A DNA stretch of 64,000 bases from Vermamoeba vermiformis (lineage: Eukaryota). Under the pieces are notes generated by a model. The model was given only the letters and a program-made list of their open reading frames with translations, was not told the origin of the DNA and searched no databases. The DNA is taken from NCBI GenBank assembly GCA_045837725.1, contig JBEWZL010000163.1:496001-560000 (forward strand), in the 5' to 3' direction. Positions 1 through 12,400 of the stretch are shown in pieces (the stretch's first letter is position 1; each line of letters starts with the position of its first letter). The translations under genes and the position numbers were made by a program.

Positions 1-291
1 TAATAATATTACAAATTCATCAGTATTTTTATGCGTATAGAAAATAAGAATTATTTTTGCGACGGCAGATCCATTACATAAAATTGTATGTAAGGCCTTA
101 TTCTCACCTTTATAAGGCTACTACTATAGTATTGACGCCAATTGTAATAATTGTGACGTGCATTGGTCATTTAAACGCTGTATAATTACTTTAATACCAT
201 GAATTGAACTGCCGATCCCATCTAATGCCCCAATATTTCATTTTACAATGCACCTCATTTTCTGTTTAATTAACGGCTATAATATTCGAAG

Positions 292-3200
292 GTGAGGAGT
301 TCAAGGATCATCCCCACGAATTGGCAGGAAACAACGATTTTCTCGTGCTCACACGACCTGATGTGATCTTGGACATCCACCGAGTAAGTAGAAATTCTCC
401 CTTTACGACCAAAATATTTGCATGCATTAAATGCCGCGAATTTTTTACTAATATCAGTTCGTGTCGTATCGAAATTTTGTGACCGTTGCGCAATCTGGAT
501 GTCTCACGATATTTTTCGTTTTAGAACTACTTGGAAGCTGGCGCCGACATCATCGAAACAAACACATTCTCTGGCACTACTATTGCTCAAGCCGATTATG
601 GTTGCGAGAAATACGTAAGTAAATTAATTCGATTTTTAACTTTCGCGAGGCAGATCTGAATAATTAAACGATAAATATAGGTCTATCGTATGAACAAGGT
701 TGCCGCTCAACTTGCTAAACAAGCTTGCGTTGAATATACTGCTAAAGACCCGAGCAAGCCTCGTTTCGTTGCCGGATCTATTGGTCCGACCAACAAAACT
801 AGCTCTGTCAGTGTTAACGTGAACAAACCTGATTTCAGAGCTATTAGTACGTATCTATATTTCATATATCATATTTAATTAAGATGATTACTGACGTATT
901 GAATTATTTCTAGCTTTTGATGAATTGGTTGAAGCTTACGCTGACCAAACTCGCGGTCTGTTGGACGGAGGTTCCGATATTCTTTTAGTCGAGACTATTT
1001 TCGATACTCTTAACTGCAAGGTACGTTTATAGCGCATTTACCCGTTTTAATTTGTTTCGATTTGTTTATTGTTGCAAATTAATTTTAATTTTGAATACAA
1101 CAGGCTGCCGTTGCTGCTATTGAAGATGTTTTCGCTGAAGGACATTTCAAGAGAGTCCCTGTCTTCGTAAGTACCGTCATATCAATTTTATTGGTGTCCA
1201 ATAACTCAACTCCTCGATCGCATCCAGCTCTCCGCTACTATTGTCGATAAAATGGGTCGTAACTTGTCTGGCCAAACCATTGAGGCCTTTTATAACAGTC
1301 TTCAACACTTCAAGCCTTTCTGCGTCGGCTTGAACTGCGCTTGGGGTGCCACTGATATGCGTCCTTATTTGGGTACGGATCTCGTTACAATAATTCGTCT
1401 CTACATATCTATTATTCATTTATATATGGCATTTATATTAATGTTGCTTTTGACATTTTTTTATGGCCTCTTACCGAGCTCATATATTTTATTTGGTTAA
1501 AACTACAATACGTTTTAATGCTTATTAATTTGAATATAGAGCGTTTGTCTCGTGTTGCTTCATGTTTCGTGCACTGTTATCCCAACGCTGGTATTCCTAA
1601 TGCTTTGGGCAAGTACGATCAAACTCCCGAGATTATGGCTCCTTTGGTCAAGGACTTTGGATCTGATGGTCTCATCAATATGATCGGTGGCTGCTGCGGT
1701 ACTACTCCCGGCCACATCAAGGCTATCGCTGAAGTCATGAAAGAATTCAAGCCTCGTCAGATCCCTCAAGCCGACACTAAATTGACCGTCTCTGGTCTTG
1801 AGCCCTTGATCTTTACTCCTGAAATCAGATTCGTTAACGTTGGTGAACGATGTAACGTTACTGGCTCCAGAAGATTCGCTAACCTCATTAAGGACGGCAA
1901 ATACGAAGTACGTAACGGATGCGCATCCAATTTTTTTTCTAATAATTTCAAATACTAATTAAATCGTATAATTAGGAAGCCGCCTCCGTCGCTTTGCAAC
2001 AAGTACAAGCTGGTGCTCAAATTTTGGATATTAACATGGACGAAGCTATGTTGGACTCCAAGGCAGCTATTGCCAAGTTCCTCTGCATGATCGGAGCTGA
2101 CCCCGAAATTGCTAAATTGCCTATTATGGTCGATTCATCGAACTTTGAGGTCATTGTGTCTGGTTTGAAGGTCTGTCAAGGCAAATGTATCGTCAACAGT
2201 ATCAGTTTGAAGGAAGGCGAAGAAGACTTCGTCAAGAAGGCTGCTGTTTGCAAGCGATTCGGTATGTATACCCCTCAATAGGTCCTAGTATAGCTATTAT
2301 AATATTCCAAGCCTCTTCCTATTTTTACTATTGCGGATTCGCATCCGAACTTATATAGAACGTATTTTCGTTGCTAACGCAAATTATGAATAGGCGCTGC
2401 CGTTATTGTCATGGCTTTCGACGAACAAGGCCAAGCCGTCACTGCTGACAGAAAGTTCGAGATCTGCAAGAGATCTTACGACATTTTGACTACACGCTGC
2501 GGATTCGCTCCTCAAGACATCATCTTCGATCCTAATATTTTGACCATTGCTACTGGTATCGAAGAGCACAACAACTACGCTGTTGAATTCATCAATGCCG
2601 TTAAAATGATCAAGGCTGCCATGCCGTTGACCCACGTGAGCGGAGGAGTCTCCAACTTGTCCTTCTCGTTCAGAGGCAACGACCACATTCGTGAGGCTAT
2701 GCACTCGGCATTCTTGTACCACGCCATCAACAACGGCATGGAAATGGGCATTGTCAACGCTGGTGCCTTGCCTATTTACAGCGACATCGAGCCGACTTTG
2801 TTGCAGTTGGTCGAAGACGCCATCTTGAACCGCACTCCTGACGCTACTGAAAAGCTGTTGGAGTTCGCTCAAAAGACTAAGCAAGCTGCTGGTGGTGCCA
2901 AGGCTGCTCAAGTCGAAGAATGGAGATCTAAGCCGACCGAAGAAAAGTTGACTTATTCTTTGGTCAAGGGTATCGATACGTACATCAACGAAGATACTGA
3001 AGAAGCTCGCGCAGCTGTAAGTATTTTATTAGCATTTTCGAATCACAGTTACGATCCCATAAGAAAATTTTGAGGGATCCGAGGTTCCCGTTACAAATTT
3101 GCTTATTATATAATCAATCGAATAATTTCAAGTCATTTGAAATTCATTCAAACTAAAGAACTCCGAGAGTCGCCAACAGAGCATTTCGCTAGGATATTGG

Positions 3201-5355
3201 CATAGTTAAGGGTTCGATATTCTTTCTTGCCTTTTTATTTTTGGATCCGCTTCTTTTTTTTGCAGCTTATTGACCTATTGTAAATAGTTGGGCAATCCTT
3301 TGAAGGTCATTGAAGGTCCTTTGATGGCTGGTATGAACGTTGTTGGAGACCTCTTCGGATCTGGCAAAATGTTCTTGCCTCAAGTCATTAAGAGCGCTCG
3401 GTAAGCACCAAAAAATACTTTATGTAATACTAGCAGTTTTTAATTCATTATACCTATAGTGTCATGAAGAAGGCCGTCGCCTATCTCGAACCATTTTTCG
3501 AGGAAGAAAAGAGGAAGGCTGCCGCTGCTATTGGTGGCGACGTCAATGCTGCCGCTGCTGAAGAACGATTTGCAGGCAAGGTCTTGTTGGCTACCGTCAA
3601 GGGAGACGTCCACGACATCGGCAAGAACATCGTTGGTGTCGTGTTGGGCTGCAACAACTACAAGGTCATTGACTTGGGTGTCATGTGCCCTTGCGAGAAG
3701 ATCATTCAAACTGCTATCGACGAGAAGGTCGACATTATTGGCTTGTCTGGCTTGATCACTCCTTCTTTGGACGAAATGATTTACGTCGCTAAAGAAATGG
3801 AGCGCAAGAAACTCTCCGTAAGTACTAACTTTCATGAAACGATTTCAGTGAACCAAAGCTAATTCTTTTGCACCAAGATTCCTCTTTTGATTGGTGGTGC
3901 CACTACCTCTCGTATTCACACTGCTGTCAAGTTGGCCCCTCAATACAGCCACCCTGTTATTCACGTCGCCGACGCCTCAAAGAGTGTTGTAGTTGCCGGC
4001 AGTTTGCTCGACTCTAACCCTGCTACTCGTGCTGAATTCGTTGAAGATATTCGCGACAGCTACACCGAGATCCGTGACGAGTACTACGCCTCGTTGAAGG
4101 ACCGCAAGTACTTGACCTTGGATCAAGCCCGCGAAAAGAGACTCAAGTTGGACTTCAAGAACTACGTCCCTGTCAAGCCTAGCTTCTTGGGCACCAGAGT
4201 CTTTGACAACTTCTCTATTGACGAGTTGCTTCCTTGCATTGACTGGAACCCCTTCTTCCAAACATGGCAGATCCGCGGCAAATATCCCAACAGAACTTAC
4301 CCCAAGATCTTCAACGACCCCGATGTCGGTGAGAAGGCTCGTGAGTTGTTCGATGAAGCCCAAGCCATGTTGAAGGACATTAAGGAGAAGAAGTTGTTGA
4401 CGATGAAGGGCATTGTTGGATTTTACCCTGCCAACACTGTCAACTTTGACGACATTGAATTGTACGAAGACGAGGCTCGTACTAAGCCCGTTGGAAAACT
4501 CTTCGGTCTGAGACAACAATCACAAAAGGAGACTGAACAGCCCTACATGTCCTTGGGCGACTTTATTGCTCCTAAAGAGTCTGGTGTCCACGATTACGTT
4601 GGCATGTTCGTCGTGTCTGGCGGTTTTGGCTGCGACGAGTTGGTCCAAAAGTACGAGAAGGACCACGACGACTACAACTCCATCTTGCTGAAGTCTTTGG
4701 CCGATCGTTTGGTAAGTGACACTCGTGCACGTTCTAACGTTATGACACTAACTCTCTGTCTTCTAGGCTGAGGCCTTTGCTGAAGTTTTGCACGCTAAGG
4801 TCCGACGCGAGTTGTGGGGCTACAGCAAGGAAGAGGCTTTGTCTACTGAAGACTTGCTCAAGATCAAGTACCAAGTAAGTGTTATCGATATAACTTTCCT
4901 TTTACGTGATTACCCGCCGTGGCATGATGACCTTTGACACATGATTTTGTTTACCAAAAAAAAATCTATGATTCCACAATCGAATTTCTTCACCTGAGCC
5001 ACGTTCAATTCATCAGATCTGCATCACTTTTCACAACTTTGTTCATTATATTAATGATCATTAATAGGGTATTCGACCTGCCCCCGGCTACCCCTCGCAA
5101 CCCGATCACACCGAGAAGGTTACTATGTGGGAGGTCATGAAGGTCAAAGAACAAACTGGCATTGAATTGACCGACTCTTTGATGATGTGGCCTGCTGCTT
5201 CCGTGTCTGGCTTGTACTTCGCTCACCCTAACTCCAAGTACTTCGCTGTTGATAAGATCACTCAAGAGCAAGTCCAAAACTACTCCGCTCGTAAGGGCAA
5301 GACTGCTGAAGAGATGCAGAAGTGGATGTCGAACATTTTGAGCTACGATGTCTAA
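292..5355 (+). CDS. metH: Cobalamin-dependent methionine synthase, multi-exon, 5' end outside window
   Basis: Exons translate to [72 protein letters not shown] (B12-binding DxHxxG), [13 protein letters not shown] and [15 protein letters not shown]. Stop TAA at 5353-5355; GT-AG introns link the ORF pieces. Confidence 0.97.
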
Positions 5356-5531
5356 CACCGTTCGATGAACCCGCGATAAAACTTGTTATTTTATTTACGA
5401 AAATAGCTTTCTGATATTCAGACAATAGAAATCCAGACTGATCTTGAGCGTTACTACATTGGGATCCCAATCCATAATTACCAACCGAAACCAAGAGTTT
5501 GGTATGTTTATTTAATCGTACTAATAACTAT

Positions 5532-6374
5532 TTAAAAAGCAAGAACGGTAGCGAAGACCAAGGCAGTAGCACCGAGAGTTGCAGCGCTGGACTTTTTGGC
5601 GGGAGTGGCAGCTTGCGGAGTGTTACCAGAGGTAGGACCAGCTTGAGGAGCGCTACCAGAGGTAGGACCAGCAGCCATAGGAGTGGATTGACCCGGACAA
5701 GTCACTTTAAGGCCAATTCCACCGCCAGCAACGCAAGTGGCTCCAACATTTTCATGTACAGTAGCACCAGTGTAGTTGCAATTGTTGGAACCCTCACTGA
5801 AAGTGCTTTGTCCACTAGCACAAGCCGTTAAAGTAAAGGTGTTGACGTAGTTATAGTAAGTGCACTGGTCGGGAACGGCTAAAAAAAATTATTAGATCGG
5901 GCAACCCGAAAAAAAAACGTTTACTTACCCATATAATAAGCATACGCCGTATCGCAAGTCATCTCGTTGTAAAGTATCATTGTGACCCAGGATGCCTCGG
6001 GAGTCAAGGGAGGATCGGCAAGGCATTGTTCGAGGACGTAATTAGTCCCAACTGCAGTACAGGTTGGGATCGTCATAACAGTTGAGCAGTTGTCTCCCTA
6101 TAGTTCCAATTGAAATCAGTTTACCACTTAAAGAACAGGATTCGTTGTCGGTTGAAAATTTTTAATCTTTACTACGACAATAACGATAATCTATCTTGTA
6201 TATAGAAGAGATCTACTATACTATAATATTACTTACCTTCTGGTAGAAATTTGTGGCTCGGCGGCCAATCATTGCAGTGCAAGATGAATCACTGTACATA
6301 GTTGAAACGAAGAAATCCTGGCAAGCAACGACGGCGATCAAAGCCAAAGCACAAACGAAGACTAGCGATCTCAT
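5532..6374 (-). CDS. Secreted Cys-rich surface protein with probable GPI signal (3 exons)
   Basis: ATG at 6374 gives signal peptide MRSLVFVCALALIAVVAC, then Cys-spaced domain, P/T/S/A linker and hydrophobic tail KKSSAATLGATALVFATVLAF-stop. Not shown in the correct frame by the ORF track. Confidence 0.8.
5611..5670. repeat. Two-copy 30-bp tandem repeat in the surface-protein linker
   Basis: gcttgcggagtgttaccagaggtaggacca / gcttgaggagcgctaccagaggtaggacca; encodes AGPTSGSAPQ / AGPTSGNTPQ on the minus strand. Confidence 0.9.
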
Positions 6375-6669
6375 GTTGTTCTTAGTTAGAGGAAGGATTG
6401 AAAGATAAACAAACCAACTTGATTCAAAAAAAAGGCCAAAAATTGCTTGATTCCAAAAAAGGAAACGACTTCTTTCTATAAATCGGTAGCTACTTCGTTA
6501 CTTGCGCGACGGAGAACCATGATTACGCAAGTACTACAAATCCTGCGACGTGAGTGACAAGAAAGTATTTTGTTCTGGTTCTAACAATTTTTCATCATTA
6601 AACCTCCTCTTTTTCCCCACAACCACAACTTAATCGCTAAGAATGGCTTAGTATTAAACGTGCTGCATC

Positions 6670-7316
6670 ATGTTCAGTTTCATAACGCGATCATTACAGT
6701 CAACTTCACTTGGCTTCAAAACACTAAGCCAAACCATTCTGCACTCCACTAAAGACACAAAAATTAGCTCTATTTTTGTAAATTATCGCAGTAGAAAATA
6801 CACGACGGAACACGAAGAGGAAGATGTTGATGAGGAAGATCCAGAGCCAATCCCAACCCCTGTCATTCCACGCCATAAAATCGACGTGAGCTTCTCGACT
6901 TCAAGCGGCCCCGGTGGGCAGAATGTAAATAAATTATCTACCAAAGCGGAGATTCGGTTCAAAATTGACGAGGCTGATTGGATTCCAGAGTCAGTACGCG
7001 AGAGATTAAAGAAAAAACAAGGTGGACGAATCAACAAGGACGGGGAATTTGCTGTAGTATCTCAAAAACACCGATTTCAAGACGCGAATCTGAAAGACTG
7101 CTTTGACAAGCTCGAAGAATTTTTAAAAGAGGCCTGTATCGTGCCAAAAAAGCGCAAAAAGACAAAACCCCCTGCGTATGCAAAGGAGAATCGATTACAG
7201 GTATTTATAAAATTATATAAAATTATGTAAAGCCAAATTACTGATCCATCTGACAACAGGAGAAGAAAATTCGTTCAAATGTAAAGCAAGGACGTAGCCA
7301 GAAGATAGACTGGTAG
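6670..7316 (+). CDS. ICT1: Mitochondrial peptidyl-tRNA hydrolase ICT1/ArfB-like (2 exons)
   Basis: SSGPGGQNVNKLSTKAEIRF (GGQ motif), RINKDGEF, basic C-tail and mitochondrial-type N-terminus. Intron 7201-7259, last exon EKKIRSNVKQGRSQKIDW-stop. Confidence 0.9.
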
Positions 7317-7381
7317 TAGATATGTAAAAAATGTACAAATGACTATTTATAAAGCACTTAAGCTTCGAAACAGCTCGTCGT

Positions 7382-8046
7382 TTAAGCTACAGGGATGCTT
7401 CTGCGGTGATCGTCACGAATGTTCTCCTCCATCTCTTCGTCCTCATACTCGTCTTGCTCCTCGGGGAGGTCTAGGGAAATACATAAGCTTATATTCGTGG
7501 CTAACGTAGAAATGCAAAGGTGGCTTACCGAAATCCGGATCTTTGTTCAAACGATCCGCTGCTGCAATGAACGCCTTCAAGGCTTCTTTGTCTTCGCATT
7601 GTACGTAGATAATGATATCAGGCAACTTTAATTGGAAGCTGGCCTTGCCTTCAATACCAGCTCTTGAAGAGAAGATTTGAACCAAATTGCCTTCAAACTG
7701 GAACGTGTCAGATTGGGTTCCTTATTTTCCGCAGAAGGTCAATGATAATTACCTCGAATGTTTGGCGCTTGCCAGAGGAGATTGCACGAATGACATAGCG
7801 TCCGTCTGTGGGAGGATATTAGTGGGAGTAGATAGTATCAACTAGAGAAGATTTGGATTCGTAAGTCCCGTATTATTATCTCTTAACCAAAAATAATTCA
7901 TAGCTTTATATATTGTATTTAATACAGGATATATTGCACTTACGGTCTTGATCCTTCTCGATGACGAGACTGGCCTTCTCGCGCATTCGGCTGTTGGCTC
8001 GCGCAGATGCTCTGTATTCAATACGTAACTTGCAGTCGATCTTCAT
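7382..8046 (-). CDS. Small protein consisting of an LRR1/PIF1-type N-terminal PH-like domain plus acidic tail (4 exons)
   Basis: MKIDCKLRIEYR...KASLVIEK; FEGNLVQIFSSRAGIEGKASFQLKLPDIIIYVQCEDKEALKAFIAAA resembles the LRR1 N-terminus as recalled (ENIEQFFTKFVDEGKATVRLKEPPVDICLS...LKGFLSAM). Ends LPEEQDEYEDEEMEENIRDDHRRSIPVA-stop. Confidence 0.7.
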
Positions 8047-8512
8047 TCGAGTATCTGTGGTAGTTATAATAAAATAATTGATTAACTCGAAGAAGAGTGG
8101 AATTATCCAAAACATGCAGTTCGTTGTTGTAACGGTCACTTTATTTAAATTTTTTCAGCCGGGTTTTTGGCGGCCAAATTTTTGTCAACCTTCGTATGCT
8201 TCCACTACGCTTCGATGCACCACAGATGGGTGTAACTATTGTCCATAGTAAGCACGCGAGTTATGCCGCCCATTTCCATGGTGTTGAATACCGTCTTTGG
8301 GTAAAGATTCGGATGAGTTAACCACGCAGCTATCAGCGTAATTACTAGAGTGCTCGGTATAGCATTGTGTCATGGCATTTATACTAGTCGCAGTTATAAA
8401 GGCGACGGTTAAAGGCAGCTTTACTCGGGAAGTGGCGGTGGTTCTAGAACGTTGAAGATTTTTGTCGAAGCGTCGTGTGTCTCTTGTTAGAATTAATTAC
8501 ATTGCTTCGTCA

Positions 8513-8896
8513 ATGGACACGGATGACTTTCCTTTAACGCCCGATTGTCAGAGACTCATCGGCACGGAGACTTATCAGTTCTTCTCTCCTCTGCACCTTG
8601 GCAACTTCGTGTTATGTTGTTGGCGCCGTGAATCTGTCACTCCTGCCAAGAAGAGCGTGATTAAGCCGAACGCTGGCTCATTACCTATAGTTAATGTCAT
8701 AGAGCCAAATGAAGATGCGTCAGAGTACGGCCTGACTATCTACGAGGAAGGTGAGATCATCGATCCAAGCACAGATAGGAGGTTTAAGAAGTATAAATGG
8801 TCCAAGTCGCATATTAATTGGTTTAGTCGATGTCTCTCGAAGGCTGAGATCTGTCAGATATGTACGGATGTCTATTTTACGGCTAGTAAGATCTGA
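8513..8896 (+). CDS. Hypothetical intronless protein (127 aa), no recognised family
   Basis: ATG 8513 to TGA 8896 open, followed by an AT-rich stretch with AATAAA. No motif recognised. Confidence 0.35.
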   Translation: MDTDDFPLTPDCQRLIGTETYQFFSPLHLGNFVLCCWRRESVTPAKKSVIKPNAGSLPIVNVIEPNEDASEYGLTIYEEGEIIDPSTDRRFKKYKWSKSHINWFSRCLSKAEICQICTDVYFTASKI

Positions 8897-9475
8897 TCCT
8901 AGGGCTCGCAGCACTGTTATTAACCGAACAGTGACCGTGTAAATAATTGTAATAAATATTCTATTTGTACTTTAGAAGAAGTGGTTGTTATTGGCTGAAC
9001 GGCTTCGCACGAACAAATCCATTGCTTTAATTACCTAGAGAACGAATTGGCTTACTTAGCTTCAACATGGCTCGAAATAATAGATAAGTGTAGAGGGCAA
9101 TTAATTGTTGCGGAACACCTCCGCAAAATGGGGAATGGTCCGAGGCCTGGATCTTCCACCACAAATCAGCAGTGGAGTTGCCATATTTATGGTGTTTAAT
9201 ATCTTAGTTGTTACGTGTAGTGTTGTGCTTATGCTCATAAGATTCTGTTTTAATCTCCCTCACAGATTTTTTTGTTTGTTGCGTGGAGCGAGATCTCCAA
9301 GTTGAGTTTTTTCAACTTTCTATGCCCTTATTATTGATATTGAATACCACATATTGTATATAGTTATTTTGTAAATGACCCGTTAAGCAGCCGGCGGACG
9401 TAAGCAAAAACCGAACGCGTTAACGAATTGAAGACTAATTTACATAATTTAAATAATTATAGAGGATAAATTATT

Positions 9476-12400
9476 ATGGCGACTACAAAAATAATAGATC
9501 CCAAAGACCGACCGCGGTTGCGTTGTAAAATAATTCCAGCGGGCATAACAAATCTGAAAGGCAAAAAGACAGAAGAAATTGGAATAGTGCGGTATTTTAG
9601 GACAGAAAAAGAAGCAGGTACGTTATATACAATATTTCTAATATTTAAATCCAATTCGCACGATGATTAATTTATTTCAATTTCGAATTTTTTACTAACC
9701 GATGCGCTTCGCACAGAACAATTTCTATCTGAGAGACCTTTTGGATCATGCGTATTGAGAGTGGCGGATGATGCTGCAGAGACTGGCAAATCACCGTATG
9801 TAATTTTAATTTTATTTTTTTCAATGGTTTATTGCCACAATTAAATTGAATTTGTTGTCGCCAAATTAACATTAAATATTATACACGAATCGAATATGAT
9901 AAAATGCACGATAAATTATTCCATTCGCTAATTTTGAATAAATTTTAAACCCCGATCAGATCGACGGTTCAGCTCGCTCTAATAATTTTCTAACGCAGGT
10001 TAATTGTATCATATCGTTATATATCAAAGATTTTCCATCGACCACTCAAAGGCATCATATTAAAAACAAAAGCAAAGAACGACACACTATTATGCAAGAC
10101 GGACCTGAAGTCATTTCGATTTATTCAGCGAGAGTTGGTTTTCTTTCTCGATAAATTGACTGTATTCATCAATGAATTTTGCATGAATAAGCATTTTATT
10201 GGTAAGCAAATCGAGATCCCGATCGAGCATAAAACACGATCCGACCTACTTTGCTATAATAAGATATGCAGTATTAACGGTATATTATATTTGCAGAGGC
10301 CGATATGGAGCACGAGATAACTCTCGAAAAAGAATTGACAATTAGAAAGTACATTATCTTTCCCAGCAGAGAACATATTGTTATCATGCGCCGAACAGAT
10401 GACAAGTACGGCAGCAAGTCAATTTCAGTGACGGTGGATTTCAGTGAATGCAAGTTCTTCGTGATTAAGAACAGTGGTGAACAGATCTCGTTTGTCAATT
10501 CGTTCAACGAGACGTTGTTGGAGTTTTTGGGAATTCCAGCCACGCATACATTTTTGATTCAAGGTGCTTTGGGTTACAATCCCAAGTCATTGGAACAAAG
10601 TGTGGCACGTGACAGATCGTATTCCATCATTTCTACACGTGAGGCACCGGTATGTTTGCGTTAATTTACCCGAAACTCTTGCAAAGATTAACGCGAAATG
10701 TCATCTAGATGCTCTTGTCCCCGAGCGCGTCTGTCAACAACAAAGGCAAAGAAAAGGCACAGTTACTCGCCAGCATTGATTTGTCACTTGATTCCTTGTC
10801 CAAGGACGACTTTGTATGTATTCCTAGTACTTAGAATATACCGTAACACGCGGCTAATTACTATTTGCATTATAGAGAGACTTCCCTGATTTAGTCTATG
10901 ATTGCTTGCTCACGATTGAGACGGCCATCAAAGGGCTGAACGAAGAGAATGTGGCCACGAAGGTACTCGACGCTAACCCAAAGGCAGCAGCCGAGAAGCT
11001 CGAATGGATGAAAAAGCGCATTTTCCGCACGATGATCAATGTTATTTGCTTCTGCGGAAAAGTCAATTTTGAGAACGGTCGTGAGTTGCCGTTATCAATT
11101 CTGCGCTTGATGTTGACGAATCCCATGGCCTGTGTCGTGTTCTACGAAGAGTTTTGGAAGCACATGGACGCTGGTTGCGAGTGCACTGGTTTGACCAGCG
11201 TGCTCGAGGAGCTGATCGATATCGAGAGCTTCAGATTGGTCTTCTTGAAGGAGGCTGGTTTGTCCAAGTTGATGACAGTCTACTCGACCATTTCAAAGTC
11301 GCTGTTCGGACAAAAAGGCTTGCTCGAGCGTCTGCCCAGCAAGGCCAATTTAGGACCGAGACCTAGTCCACTTTGGCGTCGTTCTCGCCTCGTCAATGAG
11401 ATGCCCCCTATGCCACAGTTCAACGGTATCAGTAATCTGGACGTCTCAGAAGTGAGCGAGGATAACAGTGACTCGGACAAGAGCTCGCCAGAGTCTTCAG
11501 TTGAAGAGAAGAAGGAGGTCAAGAAGCCTGCCATTCCTTTGCTGAAGTTGCCTGCTGGCAAGGACATGAAACCTAAACTTCAGTTCCCTTCGCGCTCATC
11601 TCGTCGATCATCGATGCACTTGGATAAAGGCACGTCACTTGACCTTTCATCGTTGAATGGGCCGTTGACCCCCAAAGAAGAGTACAATTTGCCGTACAGC
11701 CAATCACCAACTGGCGAATTGAAGTCTCTTGCCACCAGACTCGGTGAAACAAGTACGTAGTTGCCTAATTTAAGAAGGCGTTAACTAACTGCCGTTGCTT
11801 AGTGGGCGCATCTGACTTGACGTATCTCATCTCGTACAAACAATTTGCTGATGTTCGAAATCAACGTCGACTGACAAGAATGGATCATCAAGAGGACAAA
11901 ATAGTTGTTGAAATTGACGAGCGAATCAAGAGCAGCAATCAATACAAGATTAAATGTAATATTATCAAAACTCTCGCTAAGATTTCGGCGACACCTGAGT
12001 TCAACAAAGTACGTACATTATGAAGACCGATATTTTTGTACAAAATTTACTAACGCGTATTATTTGCAGTTGACGAGAAACCCTGTCAACTTGTTGTTCA
12101 TGGAGTTGACTATGCTGCACAAAGATAAGGATTTGATTCTCAAGTCAGACGATGAGACCGTGCCATTGATCTACGCGATCTTGCAAAACAACGCGGATAA
12201 CGTCGAAGCTGTACACGGAAAATACTGGGACAAATTGACTGTAGGCATGAGCCCTGACAGACAAGTAACCTTCCGAAGGAAACTGGATCTGCTCTTGTGG
12301 CGCCTTCGTGAGCGTATTAACACTTGTCTCGATGCAAACGTAAGTTACAATATGTTTTGAAGAATGTTATATTAACGTTTGTTTTCAGAACTACGATGAC

